Source: Histomonas meleagridis 2922-C6/04-290x (lineage: Eukaryota; Protista; Parabasalia). Taken from it: a stretch of 64,000 nucleotides of DNA. Of the stretch, positions 54,720 to 64,000 are shown piece after piece. Under the pieces are notes generated by a model. That model worked only from the letters and a program-made list of their open reading frames with translations, was not told where the DNA came from and searched no databases. The stretch is taken from positions 173,873 through 237,872 of the forward strand of contig JAANOX010000130.1 in the NCBI GenBank assembly GCA_020184695.1, in the 5' to 3' direction. Every line of letters starts with the position of its first letter. Position 1 is the first letter of the stretch. The translations under genes and the position numbers were made by a program.

Positions 54720-56876
54720 ATGAAAAGAAACAGACCCAACACCACTATAGATTTTTTTTTTAGTGCACCAAAGCCAAAACCACCTCCATTGATATCAAAA
54801 CTGAGTGCAGAATCTAAAAAGCAATTAGTTGTAATAAAATCTGTACCACAGACAAAAATTAAACGAATAGTTATACCATCAATTTCATCAGATGAAAATA
54901 TCCAAAAAGAAAAACTTTCGAGCGTTTTGGACTATGTGGTTGATTCAATACATATTTTGTTTAATAATGGAATTGATAAAATTAATTGTTACAAAGTTTC
55001 GCAAAATGTGGAATATTATTGTCGTTTTGGTAGCGGCGAGGATATGTTCATGAAGCTAGAACAAGAACTTAAACCAATTAAAGAAAATTTTTTAAATAAT
55101 TTATATCAAAATCAAATGCTTGAATATGTTTCTCAACTTATTGAAATCTTTGAAAATAATGTTAAATGTCTTCGGAAACTATTTAATTATTTTGAAAGCA
55201 CGTATCTTTTTCCAAAATTTCAATCAAAATGTTTAGCTGATTTTATTTATTCTGATATAGGAAAAAAGATCGAAAGCCAAAGTTATCCTATTATGGATCT
55301 TGTTAACTCTATTATTCAAGAAATTCAACAACTTTTGCAAGAAGAATCAATCAATACCAATCAAATCCAAATTATCATTTTATTTTTAGACTTAATCAAT
55401 TTATATGATAAACCATTTGAAACGCAATTTTTATCTTCCATTGATTCATTTTACTTAGAGAAAATTCAAGAATATCCATTTGAAGTATTCTTTAAATTTA
55501 TTAAAAATTCCATTTTAATATGTAATGACTTAACTCACATTGGAATAAAAGACAAAACAATTTTGATCATCTTAAACAGAATTAATAAAGTTTGCTTTGA
55601 AGATAATTCACATTATATATTTTGTGATGAATTTTATAACTTAATACAGAATAAAGAATATGAAACAATTCGAACAATTTTTTCATTTTATTATCAAAAC
55701 AAAAAACTTTTTTCTATTTTTATATTAAACTTTAGTAAATATTTTATTAATGATATTATTCTTAATATCCAAAACAAAAACATAAAAGAATCAATTCGGA
55801 AATATTCCGAAATGATAGAAATTATTACTGAAATATTTAATCAAAACGAAATAACACAAATAGAAAAAGAAATTAATCAAATTCTAACAGAAGAAATCAA
55901 TAAAGAATCCGAAAAAGCATCGAAATTATTTGCTGTATATCTTAGTAATTATAAAAATGAAATAACAAACAACGAAAAAGAATTTTTTATATTTATTACT
56001 TCTCCAAATATTTTCGGGACTTCTTATTTCATTCTTTTAATGAAAAAAGTTTTTTCTTTTAATAAAATTGATATTGAACGTGAAGAATTTGTTTTAACAT
56101 TGTTTAAGAATATTTTTGGAGGCGAATATACAGAACGTATTGAACAATTAATTCAAGACATAAAAATGTCGAATTCGATTAATATATATAACAATGAAAA
56201 TAAATTTCAAGCTATTTCTATTTCAACAACAATTTTCCCATATGAAATTGACAAAAATGTTAATTTCCCAATGTTCATTAAAGAACAAATGATAAATTAT
56301 GAAAATATATTTCGTAATCAAAGTAATAATGAAAGGAAAATGTTAAAATGGTCTTCAAAGTATTCATGTGTTAAAGGAACAATTGGAAATATGAGATACA
56401 AAATGAATGGAGATCAAGCATTAATATTACTTTCTTTAAATGATAATAATAAAACATTAAACGATATAAAAAATGAAATTGGAATAGAAGAAGAAATAAT
56501 ATTTATGAATCTTGAACTATTAATAAAAGATGAAAATGGAAAATGCGTTTTATTCGATGGTAAATATTATAAAATAAACCCAAGCCCTTTATCAATGGGT
56601 AAAAGATTTACTCTTCCAAAAATTAAAGAAAAAAATAATGAAAATGATAAACTCGATATTAAAAGTAATATCGAATATATTCGAAATAATCAACTTTCAT
56701 GTAACATCATGAAAAATATTAAAAATGATAAAATTATTACAATAGAAAAGTTGTACCAAAAAGTTATGAGAGATTTGCCATTCACACCCGAAATGAATAA
56801 ATTCTTGGATTGCTTGAGGACTTTGGAACAAAAAGGTTATGTAAATAAGATAAATGAAAAAACTTATAAATTTTGA
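54720..56876 (+). CDS. Divergent cullin (CUL4-like N-terminus)
   Basis: CYKVSQNVEYYC, LRKLFNYFESTYL, cullin-homology ASKLFAVYL, LKWSSKYS.C, neddylation winged helix CNIMKNIK..K...L...LEQKGYV...Y.F. Confidence 0.8.
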   Translation: MKRNRPNTTIDFFFSAPKPKPPPLISKLSAESKKQLVVIKSVPQTKIKRIVIPSISSDENIQKEKLSSVLDYVVDSIHILFNNGIDKINCYKVSQNVEYYCRFGSGEDMFMKLEQELKPIKENFLNNLYQNQMLEYVSQLIEIFENNVKCLRKLFNYFESTYLFPKFQSKCLADFIYSDIGKKIESQSYPIMDLVNSIIQEIQQLLQEESINTNQIQIIILFLDLINLYDKPFETQFLSSIDSFYLEKIQEYPFEVFFKFIKNSILICNDLTHIGIKDKTILIILNRINKVCFEDNSHYIFCDEFYNLIQNKEYETIRTIFSFYYQNKKLFSIFILNFSKYFINDIILNIQNKNIKESIRKYSEMIEIITEIFNQNEITQIEKEINQILTEEINKESEKASKLFAVYLSNYKNEITNNEKEFFIFITSPNIFGTSYFILLMKKVFSFNKIDIEREEFVLTLFKNIFGGEYTERIEQLIQDIKMSNSINIYNNENKFQAISISTTIFPYEIDKNVNFPMFIKEQMINYENIFRNQSNNERKMLKWSSKYSCVKGTIGNMRYKMNGDQALILLSLNDNNKTLNDIKNEIGIEEEIIFMNLELLIKDENGKCVLFDGKYYKINPSPLSMGKRFTLPKIKEKNNENDKLDIKSNIEYIRNNQLSCNIMKNIKNDKIITIEKLYQKVMRDLPFTPEMNKFLDCLRTLEQKGYVNKINEKTYKF

Positions 56877-57189
56877 TATATTTGTAGAGAATATAAATAA
56901 AGAATATTTAGAAAGAATTTGTTGATTTTTTATGTTTTAAAATTAAAAAAGGAATATTACAAGTTCATAAGTTATAAAAATTTATTTTTAACTCTTAAGG
57001 AAAAAAAAAATTAAATTCTTTCCTATTTCAATTGAGATATATCTACCGTGAAATTCATGATAGCCTAAATTTTTATATTATAATCTTTAACATTACCAAT
57101 GTGAATATCGACCGATAATAATTTATCATCCATTTAATACAATAACTAAATACTTTATTAATCTTGAACATTGTTTAAATTCTTTATTC

Positions 57190-57500
57190 GATGATGCATT
57201 TGATAAAGAATTTAAAAATATGATTGAACAAGATAAATTGAAAGAAGAAACATAGCAATTATTACAGAACTTAATCACCACAAAGATAATTTAATGAAAT
57301 ATTCGAAGAAATTCGTGAACAAACTAATGATGGAGAAAAGACTTATATTTCTAAAATTAAAAGAATTGGTAATCGTTGTGTTCAAGTAGATGAAGTTATA
57401 GATAAAGAAGGTAAGAAAACAATTAAAGAAACATGATATAATGTTAATGAAAATGAATATGATGCATTCGAAAATGAAAAAAACTGTAATTAAATTAGAA
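57190..57500 (+). pseudogene. Degraded gene resembling a myeloid-leukemia-factor (MLF)-like C-terminus
   Basis: GEKTYISKIKRIGNRCVQVDEVIDKEGKKTIKET*YNVNENEYDAFENE with an in-frame TGA. Confidence 0.35.
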
Positions 57501-57758
57501 AACACAGAGAAAAAGGAAGAACCGAAAGAAGAAACTAAAGAAACAAAAGAACAACAAAAAAAGGTTAAAATAACCTTTAAAGAATTTATTTATTTATATA
57601 GTTTAAATAAATTATTAATAAATAAATTATAATAATTAATTGGCCGTTAATATCACATGTAAATTAATCTTTAATAAATATATTAATCTTTATTAATCCA
57701 AATTATTGCAATTTCAATATAATTTCACATAACATTTCTTACCTTGACCAAATGTTTT

Positions 57759-60700
57759 ATGGAAAATGCGAAAATTTCATTTGAAAATCAATCTGATTTC
57801 CATCAAGACCAACTTAATGTTTCAAAACAAATTCAAGAAATTATAAATCGAGATGATACAATTCAGCCATTTAATGATTTACTATTAAATTATTGCAATA
57901 TTCCCTATGAAACAAAAGATACAACTGACTTCATAACAATGAGCGATTTAATTCCTTATCCTCAAGTCATAATTGATTTAATAACACCAACAGTTGAAAG
58001 AGTTTATTTTGGTGTTTTGCCATATTCATCATTTTACTATTGTATAATTGACAATTCAATATTGTTTTGGAGTTTGAATGTAGAAAATCCAGAAAATTTT
58101 CAACAAACAGAAAATAATACCAAAAATATATTTTCAGTTACATGTGGAGCAAAAAATCCAACTATTTTCAAGAAGATAGTAACGTCTGTTATTGTTTATG
58201 CTTTTAACAAGTCAATTAAAATTATTCCAGTAATTAATTCCAAGATTAGATTCGATAATGAAATCAAAATTCGCTTATCATTTAATGTTTCTTATGTACA
58301 TATTGACAATGAAGGCAATATTTTTTTAGCAGGGGATACCGGATTTATTTATATAGTAAAATTTTCTACAAGAAAATATCTCCAAACTAAAGTTGAACAA
58401 CTTACTCGGCAGAGCTTTTTTTCTCCCCTTTTATATGTTTTAAACATTGATCCTGGTCAAAACAGGAGGATCACACCTATCGTCAAACTTCTTTTTGACA
58501 ACGATACGCAAACGTTCGCTTCACTTCACCTCAACTCCGAAATCCGATTTTACGAATATGTAAAATCAGAATGCAAAATCAATTTTTTAAGTTCGTTAAA
58601 TCCATCAGAAATTGATATTTACTCCAACCAAACAGTCATTGACATGGCAGTAGCTTCTTTAGAATCAAAATCATCAATTCGATTTATAGCATTTCTCGAA
58701 TCAGGTCAAAGAATATTCTTTATTGTCGACGCTTTTTTACATACTGTTGAACCTAGCTATATTGTTCGTAATCCTCCTTCTTTTAATGGAGATGTTTTAT
58801 TTTCAGCAAATTATTTTCTTTCATATACTTTTTTTCTCTGTGAAAAGTCTTTATGTATTACTAAGGGAACATATTCTTATTATTTACAGGAAAATGCGCT
58901 GAAAGAAAGCGTTTGCAACATCCCTTTTAATGAAGATTTATTAGGATTTGCTATTAACATACCAAATGTCCCCAACTCCTGTATGTTTAATAATGAGATG
59001 TTTTGGCAACATGTGATACCTGCTCCTTCTGCTTATTTGTTAACAAATCATGGAATACGTATTTTGTCATTTAAGACACCTGCCGATAAAGTCAAAGAAA
59101 TTATCGAAAATGGTGCAAAAGGCAAGTTGGAATTGTCTGTTTTAGTTCGCCAAAGTTTTCAAGAAACATTTTCTTCACTCCTTTTGTTAATTTCTAAAAA
59201 TCCAATATATAGTAATTCATGCTTATTGTTGTTAAAAGAGCAATCAGACATTGTTTCGACTATGAGTCCAATGTTTCAATCTCCAGCCACAACAGCCTTT
59301 TTAATCAGAATTTCAAGAATTTTGCACTCTTTTTGGAGCACCCCAATTTTTCTATTTGAAAACGATGAATACAAATTGAATGATCTTTCCGGTTTCGTAA
59401 ATCTCACAAAAAGTCTTCAACAATTATATGACGCATGTAAGGGGTATACAACATATTTACCAGAAACCAAATGTACTTTTGATGTTAAATGCATTCCCAA
59501 ACTTAAAATTTATATCCAAGCACTAATTGAAACCATTAATCTTATTAAGATTTTAATCAAGCTTGACAAAAACTCATCTCTTACGCCAGCATTTCTTAAG
59601 CTGGATGTTATATATCAAAACAGGCTTTCTTTTTTCCAGTTTTCCTATGAACCATCTATCTTCAAATCACTTCGAGAACTTTTATTTTCTTACTTAAGGA
59701 TTGAAGGAACATTTTACGAAGCAGTTCTCAAAGAATTAGATGAAAAATGTCCTTCATACTTCTGTAAGAAAGATTTGCTCATCTTTAACTCGATACAAAA
59801 CATTGAAAAATCAAAAACAATTACTCAGTTAAACAAAGAATTCGATATATTATATGAAAACATTGAACAAGAATTTGATATCGAACGAATTTGTTTATTA
59901 TTTCATCAAAAAGGATTTTATTCTGCAGTAACGAAACTTTGTCTTAAGAAAGCATATTTTTATGATCCAAATGACATTGCTATTACTATTTATTTAAAAA
60001 ATGATTTTAATAACTCACGTTTTAATGAAGCAAAACATGCGTTTTCTCGAAGGAGATATTGTTATGAAATTATATTTAATGAAATCGATTATGATTTCGA
60101 TGCAATGATCAATTCAAGTGATCAACTTTTCCATTATTTCCTTTACACATTTATGTTTAAGAATAATAAAATTCAACTTTTAATGAAACAAAATACTCCT
60201 TTTTTATTAGATTTCCTTATGAAAAATGGAAGGAAACATGTTTGGATGTATTATTACTTTCATAAACAATATGGAATAGCGGCAAAACTGTTGTATCAAT
60301 TAGCAACTGACAAAGGTGAACTGTTAATCGACGATAGAATCGATTTTTTGAATAGGGCGGTTATGTGCTCTTTTGAATGCGCATCGGAGAAAGAAAAGGC
60401 GGTTTTTGCACTGAAAGTTGCTAAAGTTCAGAAAAAGTTGAGTTCAAGGGAAACCGATGAAATATACTATTCAAATTTTTTGATACCAACAAACGATTTG
60501 GTTATAGAACTTATTGAAATTGGGTTTTGGGACTTAATTCTTGAGTTACTTGATTTTGTTCCTTTTGTTAATGGTAACTTCCAAAATGTTCTTTCAAGTG
60601 TTTGGAATAATTTGCTTATGCATCAGTTAATGGGAAATGATATCCAAAGTTCAAAGATTTTTTTGACTAATTTCTTACTGTCTTTTGATAAAAGCAGTAG

Positions 60701-61016
60701 AGTTCGCGACTTAAGAATATTAGTTCCTCTTTTAGAGACATTTAAAGTTAACATGAAAGGCGAAATTTTGTGGGCGCTGAATGTGCTCAGCGAGAGCGGA
60801 TTCGAAAGGGAAGAGATATGCGAAGCGTATTTGGAACTTCTTGATCACGAAATTGATGGAAACGTGAAAAAAGAATTAATTTTCTGCGTTTCGAAGATGT
60901 TACCAATTGAAGGGAAAAGAGACAAGTTGTGCGAACTACAGAAATGGTTTTTGCAAAATGCAAAAGACGAACAGTACTTCGAGGAGACAAACGAATGTTT
61001 ACTTGATCATATTTAA
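57759..61016 (+). CDS. NUP155: Nucleoporin Nup155/Nup170-like
   Basis: Propeller IDN..LFW, IFLAG.TG.IY, RFIAFLESGQRIFF, QHVIPAP.AYLLTNHG...TPAD; solenoid W.YY....YGIAA..L..LA...I.DR..FL.RA. ATG at 57759. Confidence 0.8.
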   Translation: MENAKISFENQSDFHQDQLNVSKQIQEIINRDDTIQPFNDLLLNYCNIPYETKDTTDFITMSDLIPYPQVIIDLITPTVERVYFGVLPYSSFYYCIIDNSILFWSLNVENPENFQQTENNTKNIFSVTCGAKNPTIFKKIVTSVIVYAFNKSIKIIPVINSKIRFDNEIKIRLSFNVSYVHIDNEGNIFLAGDTGFIYIVKFSTRKYLQTKVEQLTRQSFFSPLLYVLNIDPGQNRRITPIVKLLFDNDTQTFASLHLNSEIRFYEYVKSECKINFLSSLNPSEIDIYSNQTVIDMAVASLESKSSIRFIAFLESGQRIFFIVDAFLHTVEPSYIVRNPPSFNGDVLFSANYFLSYTFFLCEKSLCITKGTYSYYLQENALKESVCNIPFNEDLLGFAINIPNVPNSCMFNNEMFWQHVIPAPSAYLLTNHGIRILSFKTPADKVKEIIENGAKGKLELSVLVRQSFQETFSSLLLLISKNPIYSNSCLLLLKEQSDIVSTMSPMFQSPATTAFLIRISRILHSFWSTPIFLFENDEYKLNDLSGFVNLTKSLQQLYDACKGYTTYLPETKCTFDVKCIPKLKIYIQALIETINLIKILIKLDKNSSLTPAFLKLDVIYQNRLSFFQFSYEPSIFKSLRELLFSYLRIEGTFYEAVLKELDEKCPSYFCKKDLLIFNSIQNIEKSKTITQLNKEFDILYENIEQEFDIERICLLFHQKGFYSAVTKLCLKKAYFYDPNDIAITIYLKNDFNNSRFNEAKHAFSRRRYCYEIIFNEIDYDFDAMINSSDQLFHYFLYTFMFKNNKIQLLMKQNTPFLLDFLMKNGRKHVWMYYYFHKQYGIAAKLLYQLATDKGELLIDDRIDFLNRAVMCSFECASEKEKAVFALKVAKVQKKLSSRETDEIYYSNFLIPTNDLVIELIEIGFWDLILELLDFVPFVNGNFQNVLSSVWNNLLMHQLMGNDIQSSKIFLTNFLLSFDKSSRVRDLRILVPLLETFKVNMKGEILWALNVLSESGFEREEICEAYLELLDHEIDGNVKKELIFCVSKMLPIEGKRDKLCELQKWFLQNAKDEQYFEETNECLLDHI

Positions 61017-61416
61017 TATATATTGTTTGAATAAATATAATACTTGGTAATATAACTTAATTATTACGACAAATAAATGTGATAATTCATTACTAATAAC
61101 TCTTTTGACATTTATGTTAACCATTTGTGGGTCAAATTTCCTTAAAGATTCATTATCTGAATTTTCTCTAAGTAATATGAAAATTATTTTGTTTGTAATA
61201 ATGTTACAATTAAAACGTTGTCTTTCTTTGTATTAAATTTTTGGTAGTTTACATATGTAAACAATATAAAAATTCAAAGAAGCCCGAAAAAACGTAATTG
61301 AATTTTACACTTTTTCTTAATATTTCGCACGGTTTGTTTCATAACGTTCTTTTCAAGGAAAACAAAAAAATTTGACTAAATTCGATAGCTGGTGAGATTT
61401 TTAATAGGATAGTATA

Positions 61417-61998
61417 TTAGCAGCAGTGTCGTTCGCTTTCATTAACTAGGGCTGGCATAGCCGAAGCTAAATTTACACTTTTTTCTGATACAAAATCGTT
61501 TGCAACGTTTTCGAGAATTTTATCAATATCTTTAGGTTTTTCTTTAGCGCTTGTCTCATAAAATATTGCACCTATTGATTCTGCTTTTCTTGTGCCTTCA
61601 TCTGTAGAAATGCATCTATCTTCTAAATCTATTTTGTTACCAATTAATATTAATTCTGGTGCCTTGCGACACACATTTAAAACGCTTTGATTCCATTGAT
61701 CTATTTCTTCAAATGATGGTCTGTTATCAACAGAATAAACAATAACCACATATTCTGCATCATGAAAATAGGAAGGCGTTAAAGATCGAAACCTTTCTTG
61801 GCCAGCTGTATCCCAAACATGTAAACGAACAGTTAAACCTTTGAATTGATATTCTTTGCAAATAAAACATGCACCAATTGTTGGTAATATAGGTTCATTA
61901 TTATCCACATTAGATATTGCATTTATAAGACTTGTTTTTCCTACTGATGAATTTCCAACAAAGACGACTTTAACGGAAACAGTTTCGTTTTCCGCCAT
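61417..61998 (-). CDS. Rab GTPase
   Basis: GNSSVGKT, PTIGA, WDTAGQERFRSLTPSYF, GNKID, ETSAK, CC end. ATG at 61998. Confidence 0.93.
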   Translation of the reverse strand: MAENETVSVKVVFVGNSSVGKTSLINAISNVDNNEPILPTIGACFICKEYQFKGLTVRLHVWDTAGQERFRSLTPSYFHDAEYVVIVYSVDNRPSFEEIDQWNQSVLNVCRKAPELILIGNKIDLEDRCISTDEGTRKAESIGAIFYETSAKEKPKDIDKILENVANDFVSEKSVNLASAMPALVNESERHCC

Positions 61999-62236
61999 TG
62001 TCGAAAAGTGCTGTCGGCGTGTCATATCGGTTTTAAGTCAACTCCTGTGCTGAATTTTTGAGGGACTTGAATACACAACAAAAAAACATGAAAATGAAAT
62101 TATTGGGTTGAATATTGGATAATAAAATATGTTTTGAAGTACAAGTGGACTATTTTTCAAATGAAATACTGGACTTTAATTATTTTAAAAATAAAAAAAA
62201 TTTTTTTCTGGGCTTTCTCTTCGAAAAAAAGCTCTC

Positions 62237-63398
62237 ATGGATCACCTTCTTTCATTCAATGTTAATTTAAATCCAGAAAAATCCAACTATCCATTTCGTA
62301 ACCAATATTTACACGTTTCATGTTCTACCAATAACAGTTCTTTTTTCCATTATATATCTGATAATCGTGGCTTCTTTATTTGGAAATCACCCAATGCTGA
62401 TTACCAACAAACATACGAAAAGCTTCTAGAAAATAATTTTTGTGCAGAACTTCTTGACCACGTCCAAGATAATTTTGAATTTATCTTTTTTGATTTAAGC
62501 AAACAAACTCTTATCATTGGCAAGGATTCTCTTGGCCTTTATTCTCTTGTTTATACAGAGGACCCATTTATCATTTCTTCTCATGATCTTCAAGGCAATG
62601 AGCATCCACCCGGCTTCACCATTTTTAACAATAATTCTAAATCTATTATAGCATATCCCCAGTTCACACGTAATCCAGATCCATCACTTACTATTGAATC
62701 CACAATGTCTCATCTCATGAACACATTAATCCATTCAGTTATTCCAGGTTCACCTGTTCTTTTCAGTGGCGGCTTAGATTCCACTTTAATAGCAGCTGCT
62801 CTTGCACTCTCTGGTGCTCCCGAAGTTGAGTTGATTAACTTCTGTGCTCTTGATACAGCTCCTGATCGTGCGTCATCGCGACATTCTTGAAATGGCTAAT
62901 GAACGTTCTCTCATTAAATCACTTCTTGTTCCTACGAGTGTCACTGAAATGAATCTCAACATTGCAATGACACTTTATTCTGCTCTTAAACATTCGAATT
63001 CATCCATAGTTCATAGTGGATTAGGTGCTGATGAACTTTGTTGTGGATATATGAGAATGAAAGAAGGCGCAACTGCCGATGCAGAAATTGTCGAGCATAT
63101 GAACAGGCTATGGACACGAAATGGTGGAAGAGATGATAGAGTCGCAATGCATTTAGGAAAGGTTTGCATATGTCCATTCCTATCAAAGAAATTTATAGAG
63201 GCAGCAAGTAAACTGCCTGTTGAAATGCTGATAAAAGAAGACTTGCCAAGAGGCTGTGGTGAGAAATGGATATTGAGGAAAATTGCAGAGAAATATGGAT
63301 TGAAGCAGGCAGCAGAAAGACCAAAACAAGCGATGCAGTTCGGGAGTAAAGTCGCAAAAGCAAAATGGAGAGGCGATGAGGAAATACCTGAGTCTTGA
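62237..63398 (+). CDS. Asparagine synthetase domain-containing protein (ASNSD1-like), split by a frameshift at about 62880
   Basis: GKDSLGLYSL, PVLFSGGLDSTLIA, APDR in frame 1; HSGLGADELCCGY, RLWTRNGGRDDR, GEKWILR.IA, RPKQAMQFGSK in frame 2. Confidence 0.8.
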
Positions 63399-63446
63399 GC
63401 AACTAAGTGTTGATGTAAGTAATAAAATTATACTATTAAAGTCTGA

Positions 63447-63497
63447 GCTCTTTCTCTTTCTCTCTCTCTCTCCTCTCTCTCTCCTCTCTTATCTTCT
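63447..63497. repeat. Imperfect (CT)n polypyrimidine tract
   Basis: CTCTTTCTCTTTCTCTCTCTCTCTCCTCTCTCT... between two convergent genes. Confidence 0.7.
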
Positions 63498-63527
63498 CAT
63501 AAACTTAAAATTTAGGATAATGCAACT

Positions 63528-63827
63528 TTATTCTCTAATCAATTGTACGTATTGCAATAACGGACCGATTACATCAAAGTTATCATCAAACCATTTGAAG
63601 ATGTAAGACTTTTCCCTTTTAGCATCTCGGTATAAATGAATGCCTAACCTTTCTTCAAAAATTTCGGCTACTAAGAGGATATCTTTAAATACAAGTTTAT
63701 CCCATCCTTTCTTTTTAAAAGCTTCCCAGGTTTGATGTGACATGTAATCATACTTTGGATGTTGCATAGGCCTTTGATCCGTTAATGCTTGGCCACATTT
63801 ATGACTGCCCAAATCTTCTTGGTACAT
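63528..63827 (-). CDS. Small trichomonad-type hypothetical protein
   Basis: 99 aa; C-terminal R.AKR.K....KWFD.NF..I.PLL pattern recalled from an expanded trichomonad family of unknown function. Confidence 0.6.
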   Translation of the reverse strand: MYQEDLGSHKCGQALTDQRPMQHPKYDYMSHQTWEAFKKKGWDKLVFKDILLVAEIFEERLGIHLYRDAKREKSYIFKWFDDNFDVIGPLLQYVQLIRE

Positions 63828-64000
63828 ATTTTAAATGAAATGAAATTTAACGAAGTAAAAATTGAACGCAAATTTTACAACTTTTTGAGATAACTTTTAT
63901 CACTGTCAGAAATTAAATAAACTGTTGTATTTTTCACACAAAATTTCACAAAGGTCTCTGGTTAAAACACAAGCTATCAATTAAGAAATTTCTTCTTCGC

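Overview
AT-rich, nearly intron-free eukaryotic DNA with parabasalid (trichomonad; Histomonas/Tritrichomonas-like) hallmarks: Inr (TCAYT) and M5 (CCTTT) core promoters close to the ATG, TAAA poly(A) signals overlapping stop codons, BspA-like LRR, DUF3447-type ankyrin proteins, Rabs and Maverick/Polinton debris. Housekeeping genes: ESF2/ABT1, acyl-CoA synthetase-like, two Rabs, SMC1, BEACH-WD40, adaptin mu, a large USP, SDF2-like, RPS8, TMEM181-like, cullin, Nup155, ASNSD1-like, plus a TBC protein running off the left edge that the ORF track missed. Mobile DNA: a young pogo-like transposon with 353-bp identical TIRs and three decayed Maverick fragments. Most striking: at three loci (4.3-4.8 kb, 8.2-9.2 kb, 49.5-53.0 kb) each ankyrin repeat is a 93-nt block followed by a fixed-length (modal 77-nt) AT-rich spacer that breaks the frame, usually contains stops and has no GT-AG ends. 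The first and last spacer codons fit the ankyrin hairpin x-G-x flanks, the Gly is missing, and a GGA sits exactly 23 nt before the next block in most spacers. This suggests an undescribed non-canonical splicing, recoding or bypass system. All family calls come from motif recognition by eye; no searches were run.
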